The notes under the pieces were generated by a model, which made no database searches, was not told the origin of the DNA, and saw only the letters and a list, made by a program, of their open reading frames with translations. Of a stretch of DNA of 64,000 nucleotides, positions 1 through 18,289 are shown one piece after another. This DNA is from the human T2T-CHM13v2.0 reference genome, Homo sapiens: NCBI RefSeq assembly GCF_009914755.1, contig NC_060932.1; one strand, written 5' to 3'. Positions within the stretch are counted from its first letter, which is position 1, and the number at the start of each line of letters is the position of its first letter. Position numbers and translations under genes: made by a program.

Positions 1-632
<632 letters not shown>

Positions 633-908
633 TGTCTTTATACCCCTGAGCCTGCTGGAATTATTCAAACTACCACTCCTAAACCTGCTTACCCTACCTT
701 GCCTGTCCCTTTTTGCTGAAACCTCAATGAAGACTCAGATTCATTTTGTTCCCCTTTCTCTTTCTGCCTCTTGACCAACCTGGTGCTTCCCTGTGTAGCC
801 TTGTTTCTAGAAATCTGTGAGTATCAAGACTTCTTCCTTCATGACAGTCATTTCCACGTCTGCATGTTTTACCATATGCCATGCAAACCCTGGGTTTATT
901 TTAAAACA
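633..908 (+). mobile_element. 3' part of an ERVL-class LTR (MER74/MER73/MER54-like), probable 5' LTR of the following provirus
   Basis: cctgagcctgctggaattattcaaacta...cctggtgcttcc...ttttaaaaca resembles MER74-group LTRs; followed by a PBS-like attgg. Confidence 0.65.
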
Positions 909-2212
909 ATTGGAACAGGGGAGTTTGACACCAGAGGGAGATGTTATGTCTTCAAGCTACTCTTGGTTTACGAACTGGATCTGACAGACAGCAGCCACTC
1001 ACTGGGAAAGCATGGCTGGTTGTTGTTGCACTTGCTGCTTGATGGCTGCTGCATTGTGTTGTTTTTGTCAAGTGTTGCCATGAATTCCTAGCCTAAAATT
1101 GAGGAGCTTAGAAAGCAAAGTCTTCCCTGAGCTGCTTCATAAGATACATCTGGGACTAAGGGCCTGGGGGAACTCAACATATTTCTCCCTGTTGGCAGAG
1201 CATCCAGGGTCCAGGACACAGTACCCGTAAGATAATTGAGTATGTCAGTTTCTCCAAAAGGTCCCTCCAAGCAGATAAGGAGTGATTACCCTGTAGTGCC
1301 TAGTAGGACAAATCTGATTCACTGACCCACTAAACAGTGGTAGCACTGAAAATTGGTGGGCCAACTGACTCATTTATGTAAAAGTGCCTCATGTCCAGGA
1401 TGTTATGTGCTCCTGGGGGCATTGTATAAACCACTTTCCCTTTTCCTTCTGAGCTTTGCTGAGTCAAATTTCCTCCATTCCACAGGGTCGTGGGAGTGCA
1501 CTGCCTGCACACTGGCTCATGTGCTATGGGCCATTCCTAGAACTCCTCCTTAGGGGATCACAGCAATCTGCAAATATTGCTGTTGAGATCATAAACTTCT
1601 CTGCTATCGTCCTCTTGTTACTGAGATGTGCCTCTCAAACCAATGTGATACAGGATGTCTTATCTCTGTAGACCAGTCACTCAATGTTTAATAAAAAATG
1701 AGAAAGAAAAAGAACAACTGGATCCAGCCATCCACCCCCCCCAAATTTTCTGAACAGGTGTTTCAATTAATTTTAAAAGTACCTAATCAATGAGCATTGG
1801 CTGTCTTAAGTGCTGCTAAGGGTCTCATACTCCAAACAGAAAATGTGAAGGAGAAAGCTAATGCCGCTATTGCCCTCTTGATGGAAACCCTGACCCTCTG
1901 AGATTGAGTGGGACATCCTAGAAAGTGAGGCCACTGCTCACAGCAGAGGTCACTTGGGGTCATCAGGAGCTTATCAGGTAAATACTAAAGGAAACATAAA
2001 TGGTCAAAAACAGACAAGAGACTTCAAAAAACAGAAAGAAAAGGAAACAAAATGTAAGCACATAGACATATAAGCCATTCTATAATAAAAGATTTTAGGG
2101 GAAAAAAAAAGGGGGGGGGTAATTGGATTTAAAAATTTAGAAAAAAAAATAAAATTTTTTAAAAAGCTGTCTGAAAGCCAGGCCTCTGAGCCCTTGCTCT
2201 CCTTTTTCTTTT

Positions 2213-4036
<1,824 letters not shown>

Positions 4037-4829
4037 TAGTAGGTTTATACTGCGAGTTATCACCCAGAAACAGAAACCAAAAAAAAAAAAAAAACCCTGT
4101 ATAAGGCAGCTAAAAGCCTAAAACAGAAAAAAAAAAAAAAAAAAGCAAGGGAGAGGTGGTGGGTAAAGAAAAGAAAAAAAAAACTAGACACAGGGAAGAA
4201 AAGAAAAAGTGAATAAATGAATTATATATGCACAAATAAAATATCATATTAAATATAAATATATAATCAATTACATATAATTAAATTGAAATGGAAACTA
4301 TAGTTTGATTCAATTAATAATAAAAAATTTATATAGTAAAAGTCACATTAAACAACTTATATATACTAATATACATAACAAATGCATTAAAATATAATAT
4401 CTATATACTAAAATAATTTACACTAAAAAGAGATTAAAAGGGTGCTGATTGGCTTTAATGCCTATGCAGAATAGGTTCTAAGTTAAATTTAGTATTTGCT
4501 GAAAAGCACAAATTGACAAAGCTTTATAGACTTAATAAATACGGGGCTCAACTTATAGTACACCGGGAGTCACACTAAATTTAAACATCCTTTTCCTATA
4601 ATTTTAAAAAGTAACTAGATGTGAAATAGAGGAAAAATAAGTGTGCCTCACTTTAAATGTAGCCTTGCCTAAGTTTTCCATAGTCATAATAGCCACTAGG
4701 CACAAATAATCTCAAATCGGGCATAAATGCTCTTAATAAATAATACATTGAAATTAAAGTAAGTCACACTTCTAAATTGGCTTAGTAAAATGAGACCATA
4801 TGACTTTCCAGTTAAAAGAATTAATATGG

Positions 4830-5331
4830 GGCCAGGCACAGTGACTCATGCCTGTAATCCCAGCGCTTTGGGAGGCCAAGGTGGGTGGATCACGAGGTCA
4901 GGAGTTCAAGACCAGCCTGGCCAAGAGGGTGAAACCCCATCTCTACTAAAAAAATACAAAAATTAGCCAGGCGTGGTGGTGCACACCTATAATCCAAACT
5001 ACTCAGGAGGCCAAGGCAGGAGAATTACTTGAACCCGGGAGGCAGAGTTGCAGTCAGCCGAGATCACACCACTGGACTCCAGCCTGGGCGACAGAGTGAG
5101 ACTCCATCTCAAAAAAAAAAAAAAAAAGTGAAACCCCGTCTCTACTAAAAATACAAAAATTAGCCAGGCGTGGCGGCAGATGCCTGTAATCCCAGCTACT
5201 CAGGAGGCTGAGGAAAGAGAATCACTCGAACCCGGGAGGCGGAGGTTAAAGTGAGCCAAGATTGCGCCACTACACTCCAGCCTGGGCGACAGAGTGAGAC
5301 TCCGTCTTAAATAAATAAATAAATAAATAAA
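4830..5331 (+). mobile_element. Full AluS (4830-5127) directly followed by a 5'-truncated Alu (5128-5331)
   Basis: Two A-rich tails; one imperfect TSD ga(a/g)ttaatatg flanks the whole block. Confidence 0.92.
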
Positions 5332-5394
5332 TGAGTTAATATGTCCAAATAGAAGTTAAACTGGGCCTTCAATAATTAAACTTACTATTTAAAA

Positions 5395-6460
5395 CCTAAT
5401 TAATAAAGAGGTAATTATCCCACTCTCTATTTGACAGCCCAATTTTGCCTATTCCTAAACCTCAAAAAAATAATGGGGCCTTCTAGTAGATTGCTACAGT
5501 TTCAATGCTATGATCCCATCCCTCAAGATCCCCATACTCAATATCCAATATTATTATCACTGATTCTATCCAAGCAACCAGTAAAGATTTTGCTGTTATA
5601 GATTTGGCTGATCTATTCAATGCCTATTTCAACAGCCTCTCATCCTCAAAGTGCCCTTATCTCTGAAGGGATACAACCCACAATTGCTGGACTATCCACG
5701 GCATACCTTGACAGCTTTATTATTGAACACAATCTTTGCAGACAAGATATCAATTGCATCTGCCTTTTTCAAGAAGGACAGGTATGACGTTACCTAATGA
5801 CATTCTTCTCCAAGGAGGTTAATTTGCACATTTCTTAAGAACATACAAGTCAAACATCTACCAGTCCTTTTTGGGTTTTGGTAGCAACATATTCCCCATC
5901 TACAAGTTTTATTTAATCTCACTTATGCTTGCTGCTATTTACAAATCAGCCTACCTTAAATGGTGCTTTCTCCAACAAAAGGCTCTAAAATCTGTCCAAA
6001 TTGAAGTCAACAGGCATGCATGTTCAATGCTCTCAGAGACTCCTTTATTAAAGAGGTTCGACAATTTCTTTTCACACCTCCTGGAGTCTTATGATGGCCA
6101 TAAATTGCCCAAAGGCTTCTAATATGAGAAACTGGCCCTTTTGGTCTTGTGCTATATATCATTGAAACAACTGCTAGCTACATATCGGGCTTGGAAATAG
6201 AGGCTCTTGCAGACCCTGAGCCTTTGACCCTCCATATCCAGCTGCCCAGTGTGCTTTGGATCATAAAAACAAAGCTTGGCATGGTCATTAGGGCCTCCTT
6301 AAGAGAGGATGGAGCCAAACCTAGGCGCTCTGGCATATTCCACCTACAGGAGGAGGTGGTCTACCTTGTCCTCAGTCCCTTGCCAAGTGTCGTGCTGCTG
6401 GAAGAGATCCCTACACCCCTCCCAAGATGCACTGGCTATCTGGGGAGCCCTTGGAATTAA
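5395..6460 (+). pseudogene. ERVL pol remnant (reverse transcriptase/connection domain), frameshifted and stopped
   Basis: Hand translation gives FDSPILP (5430), FAVIDLA (5589), HNLCRQD (5728), Y-x-NDILLQG (about 5791, decayed YIDD) and FGFW*QHIPHLQVL (5870), collinear with ERV-L pol. Confidence 0.85.
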
Positions 6461-7058
6461 CTGAATAAACAACAATGGAAGTTCATAAACTATACAAATG
6501 TCATTGCCAATCATAACAAGATTGATGAAGCTCAGTAGAATATTGCTACTTTCCATCCCTTAGTCAAGATGTCCCTGATGAAGGACAGGACCCAAGTGTC
6601 AACAAAATTGACCACAGACAATCATCTTAGCACTAAGACCCTGATCAACAAATGGACCCATCTTCACATTACTACACACTGTTGGGCCAGTGCCTAAGAG
6701 CTGGCACCTTCAGGGTAAATAATTTGGGGGATTACTTGTTTCATGGATACTGAAAATATGAATGAAAATCACACATATCTCTACATATACTAGAGTCACA
6801 TCCACAGCCTTATCGAGACATTGCTTATCCCCTTCAAAAATATAGACATTACTGAGAGTAATCAATGCACTTGTGTCACTTCTTAGAATAGAATATACAG
6901 TGTTGGGTTCTTGGAAAGGTCAGTCAATAGAATTTTAATGTCTCTGCTGGGTCTCAGATACTGAAAGACAGTTTCCTCAAACTATTACTTTTCAAATTCC
7001 AATCTGGCAAATAAACTCCTAAAGGTATCTTTCCCATGTGTTAGCCCCTCTTATTTCA

Positions 7059-7279
<221 letters not shown>

Positions 7280-9439
7280 ATCTCAAAAAAAAAAAAAAAA
7301 TCCCATTGTCTTTTCTATACTTAAAGGTGATGTGTTTTTCCTTCATACATAGAAAGACTCATTATATATCAGGACCTTTGAGAATATCCCCATTTCTTTA
7401 TAAATGTTACTTCTTGCCCCTATCCCATAAGGGCTAGAGAACAGATCAACTGGACCTACTCTTCTAGAATTCATTAACTATAGATTGTCTTATGTCCAGG
7501 AAGCTGCTTATCTGATATAGGATATATTTAAGCCTAAATTTTTACCAAAAACAAAACAAAAGAAAACCTGGCAAGTGCAGCTGCATACCATTCTGTTGAC
7601 TGTTGGTCTTACTACTGATCCAAGTGTTTTCCTTGGTTTACAGTTCAGAGGCCCAACTTCTTTAAAGACCCACATGCTACAGAGTATGGTCCTAGACACG
7701 GAGACTTTCCTCAGCTTACCCATCACCAACCAAACAAAGGACTGAGGCAAAGAACCTGTAGTATTAGAGAGCCTGCCTACAGGATAATGCTGAAACTTCA
7801 ACCTCAGCCTTATTATATATAATACCACAGAGCCATAAGAACAAGACCCACATCAATTAGAGTGGGTACACACTTAGAAAAAAAAAAAAAAAAAGACAGC
7901 TCCTCATCCCAGACCATATCACCCTAGCTTGAGAGCTCAATGTTGGAGATGGCATTGTCTCGACACCAGAACTTGCCATTAGAGATGACTTTACCCTGGA
8001 CACTAAAAATCTCCGCCCCAGCAATGCCTGGGGACTGCCTCTTCTAAGGCACAAACTGAACCCAGGACACTTGGTGCTTTTCTTCCTTTAATACTAGGGA
8101 TTCTATGTTTCTTGAGCTTGCCATCTGTTCAGCCCACGATTCTTGCATAATCCTTGCTCTCTGCCGAAATATTACACCCCTATGCTCCCATGCCTAAGGG
8201 GAAATCTCATAAAGGTTAATTACAATCTCTGCCATTATAACAATTAATGGAGATAATTGCTTTTCCACATAGGCATCTGCTTTATATCAGTCAACCTCAC
8301 AACCCATGGGTATAGTACTACTCACTCCCCGGTGCGTTCTTTTACTGCCCGACTCCAGCTTTCCATCACACTTCTTGCCCGTCCTATGTCTCCAAACATG
8401 GCCACTCCTTCCCCTTGGCTACAAACAAAGAGCACACATCTTACATATACATTACTAATGTGTCAGTTCATAGTCTTCAACAGCATAACTGCAGTCCTGC
8501 CAGCTTGGCCTGAAGAATACACCAAGATATTACGGTCAATTATATCCTATATATATATTTATCCCATATACTTTGTATATACTCTATATAATATATCTTC
8601 TACCTTTTGTAACATCACCAAGGTATTATTAGAGACCCCCTAAAACTTCAGATCTATTTTCTTGGCCAAAGTTACATAATTTGGAAACGTAGTTATGGGT
8701 TGGCCTGCAAGGATTCCTTAAACTTCTACTTGTGTTCCTTCTTTCTTCTCTCACTGTAAAATATTTTATAGGATGCTTGGGGTAACTTGTAGCTTACTCT
8801 CTAAAAGTCTCCACTATCATCACCCTGAAGATTCCTTAAATGATGCCAGAGCATCACAGAGCCCGTCATATTAGCTATGTGCTCTTATTTCCTGTATTCT
8901 TGATGCTATGACTGGCCTTACTGGCTGAGGAAGAGATTGCTCTCCTTTCACTGCAGAGGCCACTCAGGACCACCAGGAGTGTATCAGGTAAACACTCAAA
9001 GAAAAAGAAAAAACAATGGTAAGAGAGAGCCAAAATACATGACCCCGGCCCACTCCCGCCCAAAAAAAGATATAAAATATTTGGCCTTCCTAGACATACC
9101 CATTTTAAAAGATTTTGTTTAAGAATAAGAAAAAAAAAGTCAAAGAAGTGGATTGGAAAACCTAGAACAAAAACTGCTGCCAGTGAGGCTAGCCAATGGG
9201 CCCTTTCCCCCTCCCTCCTTTTCCTGTAAACTCCTAGAAGGCTGATTGTGAGTTATCAACCAGAAACAGAAACTAAAACCCACAGTTTCAGGAGGCTAAA
9301 AGCCTAAAACAAAAAGGAAAAGGAGACAAAGGTAAAAGAGGGAAAGAAAACCTAGATGTAAGGGGAGAAAAGAAAAGGCAAATACATAATATATATAGTT
9401 TTATATATGTGTGTGTGTGTATAATGTTTATGCTTTATT

Positions 9440-9610
9440 AATTTTTATTTTTATTTTAAGTTCCAGGGTACATGTGCAGGTTGTGCAGGTTTGTTACATA
9501 GGTAAACGTGTGCCACGGTGGTTTGCTGCACCTATCAACCTATTAAGTTGCACGTATTAAGCCCAGCATGTATTAGTTATTTTTCCTAATGCTCTCCCTC
9601 TCCCCACCAA
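9440..9610 (-). mobile_element. Short 3' end of an older L1PA
   Basis: ttttaagttccagggtacatgtgcagg...tttcctaatgctctccctc. Confidence 0.85.
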
Positions 9611-11058
9611 CAAAAATATATAATAAATTATATACATAATTAAATTAAAACAGAGGTCCATAATTTGATTCAATTGACAATCTAAAATTTATATATTAAA
9701 ATCTATATAAAACAAATTATATGTAATAATTATATATAACAAATATACAACAAAATTTATATACTAAAATAGTTTTTATTAAAAACAGATAAAAGTGTAT
9801 TGACTAACTTCTGTGAGTCTACAACATAGGTTTAAGTGAGTTTTAGCATTTGCTAAAATGCACCAACTGACAAAAACATCATAACTTAATTAGAACTAGG
9901 CCTCAAATTAGAGTTATACCTGGAATTACACTAAATTTAAACACTGTTCTCCTATAATCTTAAAAAAATTACTAAATATAAAACAGAGGATAGATCTGCC
10001 CACTTTACCCATAGCTTTGCCTCAGTTTTTACTCATAGTACTCATTGCCTTGACATATCCAATATTGGGCTTTGACTCTTTAACACAGTCAATAATAAAT
10101 TAAAATTAAAGTAAGCCTTTGGCACTTATAAATTGGTTTAATAAAATGAGATCTTATGAACCCCAATTTAAGTACCTGGTTAAAACAATCCTGGGTGCAT
10201 TTAAAATCATCATGCAAGCAAGACAGCGAAGTAAAATCTTTAAAATGTTGAGAGTTAAAAGAAAAAAAACCCACCAACCTACAATTTTGTATTCTATTAA
10301 ACTGTGCTTCAAAAAATGAAGGAGAAATAAAGACTTTCAGACAAACGAAAATTGAGGAACTTTGTTTCCAGTGGACGTGCCTTTCAAGAGACGCTGTTAA
10401 GTTCTGCAGGGAAAAGGAAAAATATATATATAAGAAACTGCAGTCTACATAAGAAAGGAGGAGTATTAGAGAAGGAATAACTAATGGAAAAATAAAAACT
10501 TTCTTTTTTTTCCATTTTTAATTGATGTGTCAGATAACATTTTGTTTAAAATAATAGCAACAATATATTCAGTGATTATAGCTTATAAGTAAGTAAAATG
10601 AATGATAGCAAGATACAAGGGACAGCAGAAAGAATTGGAATATTTTCTTATTATAGGTATTATTTGAAAGTGGACTTGGATTTGAATACTTATAAATATG
10701 TTGGAAACTCTAGAGCAACCACTAAAAAAAGTTTTGTTTAAAATAAAAAAGGAGAACTGAGAACTGAGAAACAAAAGAAAATGAGATTATATAAAATGCT
10801 CAATTAAAACCATAAAAGGTAAAAAAGGAGAGGAAGACAAAAACAGGAATAAAGAAGTAAGGTGACAAACAACAGTAGCAATACAATAGATATTAATCCA
10901 ACATATTAATAATCACCTTAAATATTAGTGGCCTAAATATGCTGATTAAAAGGCAGAGATGGTCAGAGTGTATCAAAAATCAAAAACCGACTATATCCAC
11001 TTTAAATATAAACCCACTTCAAATGTAAAGACACAAATAGATTAAAAGTAAAGATATA

Positions 11059-11378
<320 letters not shown>

Positions 11379-12015
11379 TTATACTAACACTAATCAAAAG
11401 TAAGGAGGAATAGCTATATCCATTTCAGGCAGCAGATTTCAGACTAAAAAAGTTATGAGGAAGAGAGAGGCATTATGTAATGATAAAGAAATCAATTATC
11501 CAAGAAGACATAGCAACACTTAATTGTTTGGACGTAACAACACAGCATCAACATATCTGAGGCAAAAACTGATAGAACTGTGAGGAGAAGTAGATGAATT
11601 CATTATTATTCTTGGAGACCTCAACATCTCTTTATCAGATATAAACAGATCCAGCAGGCAAAAAATCAGTAAGGACATTATAGAACTCAACAACACCATC
11701 AATCAACGGAATATAATGGATAGCCTTAGACTACTTTATTCAACAAAAACATAATACACATTCTTCTCAAGCTCACCTGAAACATCCACTAAGATAGACG
11801 ACATTATGGGCCATAAAACACACTTTACCAAATTTATAGGAATAGGAATCATGTAATGTATGTTCTCAGACAATACAGAATTAAACTAGAAAGCAAGAAG
11901 ATAACTGGAAAATTCCCAAACACTTGAGGATTAAACAACACACATCTAGATGGTATATATGTCCAAAACATTGAAAAAATGTTTTGAAATAAATGAAAAA
12001 CAAAAATACAACTTA

Positions 12016-12386
<371 letters not shown>

Positions 12387-12579
12387 TTATTAAGGAAGAA
12401 GAAATATCTGAAATTAACATTCTAAGATGCCACCTTAGGAAACCAAAAAAAAAAAAAAAAAGCAAGTTAGGTTCAAAGTAAGCAGAAAAAAAGAAGTGAT
12501 AATAATTAGAACATAAGTCAATAAAATTGAGAACAGGAAGTCAATTGAGAAAATCAACAAAACCAAAAGCGGGTTCTTT

Positions 12580-13942
<1,363 letters not shown>

Positions 13943-15871
13943 ACTCTATGCCCACAAATTCAATAACCTAGATAAAATGGACCAACTCATTGAAAGACAC
14001 AACCTGTCAAAATTCACACAAGAAAAAATAGACAATAAAAATAAGCTTAGATCTATTAAAGACATTGAATCAATATTAAAAGTCATCTAAAATAGAAAGC
14101 ACCAGACCCAGATGGATTAACTGGTGAATTCTATCAAACATTTAAGGAAGAAATTGTACTAATTTTCTGCAATCTCTTTCAGAAGATAAGAGTAAAGGGA
14201 ATACTTTCTTATTCATTCCATGAGGCCGGCATTACCTTAATTCCAAAACCAGACATTATAAGAAAACAGAAACAACAATAACAACAAAACTACAGACCCA
14301 TGTCTCTATGAACAAAGATGCAAAAATCCTCAAGAGAATATTAGCAAATAAATTCAACAATGTATTAAAATAATTACACACTACAACCAAGTGGAATTTT
14401 TCCTTAGTAGGCAAGGTAGTTCAATATTTGAAAATAAAGTAATATACCACAACCAGAAGCTTGAAAAAAAACAAATCATATGATCATATCAATAGATGCA
14501 GAAAAAGCATTTGACAAAGTTCAACACCCATTCATGATTAAAAAAAAAAGAAGAAGAAAAGAAAAAGAGACTCTTAACAAACTAGGAATAGAGGAAATTT
14601 CCTTAACTCAACAAAGAACATCTTTAAAAACCTACAGCTAACATCATACTTAAGGGTGGGAAACTAGAAGCTTTCTTACTAAGATCAAGAATGAGGCAAG
14701 AATGTCCCCTCTCACCACTCCTTTTTAACATTGTATTGGAAATCCTAGCTAGCTAATGCAATAAGAAAAGGAAATAAAATTTATACAGACTGGGAAGGAA
14801 GAAATAAAACTGTCTTTGTTCACAGATGACACAATTGTCTATACAGAAAATCCCAAAGAACCAACAAAAACAACAGAAAACCTCCTAGAACTAATAAGTC
14901 ATTATAGCAAGAATGCAGGATATCAAAGTCAATTGCTTTCCTAAATACCAGAAAAGAACAAGTGTAATTTGAAATTGAAATTAAAAACACAATATGGTTT
15001 ATATTAGCATCTCAAAAATGAAATACTTAGGTATAAATCTTACAAAGTATGTATAAGACATATATGAGAAAAACCTATACAATTCTGATGAAATGAATCA
15101 AAGAACTAAGTGGAGAGATAATTAATGTTCATGGATAGGAAAGCACATAATGGTCAAGATGGCAGTTCTTTTCAACATCATTTATAGATTCAATGCAATT
15201 CTAATCAAAATCCCAGCATTTTGTTTTGTGGATGTCGACAAACTGATTCTAAAGATTATCTGGAGAGTGATGGATCCATAATAGACAACACAATATTAAA
15301 GAATAAAGTCAGAGGAATAACACTACCTTATTTTGAGACTTACTATAAAACTATGGTAATCAAGACAGTATGGTCTTGGCAAAGGAACAGACAAATAAAT
15401 AAACGGAATGGACTAGAGACCCCAGGAATAGATCTACACAAGTATAGTCAACTGGTGTTTGACAAAGAAGTGCAGGCAATTCAAGAGATGACACACAGCC
15501 TATCTGTTAGGTGCTAATTGCTAGCCCTCTAAAATTCCTATCTATTTTTCTTAATTTTGTCCTCCTAAGTCATGCCAAATAAATAATTTAATCTTTTTTC
15601 ATTTAAAATTCTTTAAATTTTTAGAAGAATTGCACTACCTTAATGTTTTTTCTATACTTTATAAATCAGCAGTTCACTTAACAATTTCACATGCCCTATT
15701 TTTTTGCTGAAAGAGCATATACCAGGCTGCATTAAAAAATAGTAACAATTTGAAAATATACTTGTCATGGAATTCCCAGAGTGAATTATTCATTCTACTA
15801 AAGTATATTATTATAAAATAGAATAAGATAATCAGTATAGCTATTTTAATGGGTAAAATAAAAACACTGCC

Positions 15872-16185
15872 GGCCAGGCACGGTGGCTCACGCCTGTAAT
15901 CCCAGCACTTTGGGAGGCTGAGGCTGGCAGATCATGGGAGGCTGGGAGTTGGTTATAACCAACATGGAGAAACCCCATCTCTACTAAAAATACAAAATTA
16001 GCCGGCCGTGGTGGCACATGCCTGTAATCCCAGCTACTCAGAAGGCTGAGGCAGGGAGAATCGCTTGAACCAGGGAGGCGGAGGTTGTGGTGAACTGAGA
16101 TTGCGTTATTACACTCCAGCCTGGGCAAGAAGAGCAAAACTCTGTCTCAAAATACATACATACATACATACATACATACATACAT
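15872..16185 (+). mobile_element. AluS (Sp/Sq-like) with (TACA)n tail
   Basis: Full dimer; TSD acactgcc. Confidence 0.93.
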
Positions 16186-16519
16186 ACACTGCCAAAACAG
16201 CATTAAGCAAAAATAAATAATTAAATATATAGTTGCTGAGCTCAGATGTTTAAAAGGCATATAAGGAAAAAACATAGAGGCAAAACTTGTTGATTATAAC
16301 GTATTATAACGTATTATAAGTCAGTGATAGTAACATAACTAAAAACTAATCTGCCAGTCAGAGGAGGGGAATGTCAGCATGAAATGTTGGAAAAAGTTGC
16401 ATCAAATGCAAATCTTTGATACTATCTATCCAGTATTGCATGAAAGATCCTGGCCTTCAGACTTGATCTCTCCAAGCCCTGTGACAAGTATGACCTAATT
16501 TTTTATTGAGTGGTAATGT

Positions 16520-16752
16520 GCACAGTGGTTAGGAGTGTTGGCAATGAGGTCAGCCTCCCTAGGTATGATATGAATCCAGGCTGTACCCATCATATCAGTG
16601 TGATATTGGATCAGGTAATTAGCCCATTTCACACTCAGCTTTCATGCAAAAAATGCTGTTGATGAAAATATTTACCATACAGAGTTGTTGTTGGGATTAA
16701 GCACTTTAGCACAGTTCCTAATAAAGAGTAATTTCTCAATAAATATTAGCTG
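16520..16752 (+). mobile_element. MIR SINE
   Basis: gtggttaggag...agcacagttcct...ctcaataaatattagct. Confidence 0.7.
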
Positions 16753-17681
16753 TAAATTTTATTTTTGGATATTTAGGCTTCAGGCTTACTGTATTGGCAT
16801 ATCCTTTTACAGTTGTTCTGATTCTTATCTCACTAGGTAACTTTAAAACAAGGATCAAGACAGTGTAATAATAGTGTCTTTATGTGTTTTGGTAGATGGT
16901 CTAGGAGTTACCAAGTAGCAAGTACTCAGTAAAGGTTGAATTTTAATTTGTCTTCCCAACTAAATTTTCCTATGAGACATAATTGCCATGCATTAGTACT
17001 CTGATAACATATCTGTGTCTTGTAAGCTTGTTTATAATAACAAAAAGTAAATCTACAAATATTTTTAGGGAACTGAAAAGGGAAAGGGAAGATGATTCTA
17101 AAACATTTTAGAAAATAAAAATAGTTAATGAAAATAACCAGTCAATACTTGTCTAAGGTCAAGGGAGGGTGAATGTCATAGAATAGTTATGTTTATTCGT
17201 TTTATTTTAGTGAAACTACAAATATTTATTTTAATTTTAGTAGCTTATGTCTGACCTCAGATTGGTCATACTAGTTCTCATAAGAGGTGAAATTCCAAAT
17301 TATTCTCTTTTGGAGTATTTTACTGCTCTAATGCCTGTGCTTGAGGAAAATATACAATAAAGTGGCACCAAATGTTAAGGAATAGAAAAGAGGGAAACAG
17401 TGAATTTCTGGAAGCAGGAAAATGTAGTGGAAAGGTCTTTGTGCTGGAAGTCAGGAGGCCTAAATCCTAATCTGAGCTGGGTTTGGGCAACTCATAAAAC
17501 CATGTATGGGCTCTATTCCCACATCTGTAAAATAGTTTTCAACCTCTGCAGAGCTGTTTGAGGTCCCATTTCCTAGGATTCCATTACTCTATTTTAGAAA
17601 GAAGAAAAGAAAAAAAGACTGTAAGAAAGGCTTAACACTTAAATTCTCAAAGATTTTAATTGGCTCAAAGAGCAATAAGGA

Positions 17682-18141
17682 TTGCATTAATTTCTTCTGC
17701 TTACTGTAACATATGACTGCACACTTGGTGGCTTAAAATAATGCAGTTTATTATTGTGCAGTTCTGGAGGCAAGAAGTCTAGAATCAGTTTCAAGGCGTT
17801 GGCAGGGTGAGTTCCTTATGCAGGCTGTGGGAGAGAATCCATTTTCTTGCCTTTTCTAGCTTCAGAAGCTCCCTGCATTCCTTGGCTGGCTCATCACTTT
17901 GACTTCTTACTTTCATCATCCTATCTCCTACTTCTGCAGTCAGATCGACCTCTGCTTTTCTCTCACAGGGACACTTGTGATGACATTTAGGATCCACCAG
18001 GATCTTCTAGGACAATCCCCCCATCTCCAGATCTTTAACTTGATCACATTTGCAAGATTCTTTTTGCCATGTAAACTATCATTTGCAAGTTCCAAGGACT
18101 AGGACCTGGATATCTTTAGGGAGCATTATTCAGCTTCCCAC
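17682..18141 (-). mobile_element. MLT1 MaLR LTR
   Basis: ggtggcttaaaa...cagttctggaggc...attcagcttcccaca. Confidence 0.85.
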
Positions 18142-18289
18142 AAGAACCACGCCAATAGTCCAATAAACAAAGTCATATTGGAATCAATAGAGAGACAGAG
18201 ATAGAGATCAACTGGTGTCAGATTATTAAAAAAAAATTAAAAGTCAGTCGAATTTTAATCTATCATACTGGGGGAAATATAACATTTGA

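Noticed and set aside
4200-4440. APOBEC3 G-to-A hypermutation as the cause of the A-rich ERV segment
   Set aside because: Hand count gives about 7% G and 8% C; both are depleted, so it is simply AT-rich rather than G-specific
16152-16187. (TACA)n array
   Set aside because: Ordinary microsatellite derived from an Alu tail
16293-16319. attataacgt tandem repeat
   Set aside because: Simple 10-bp slippage duplication
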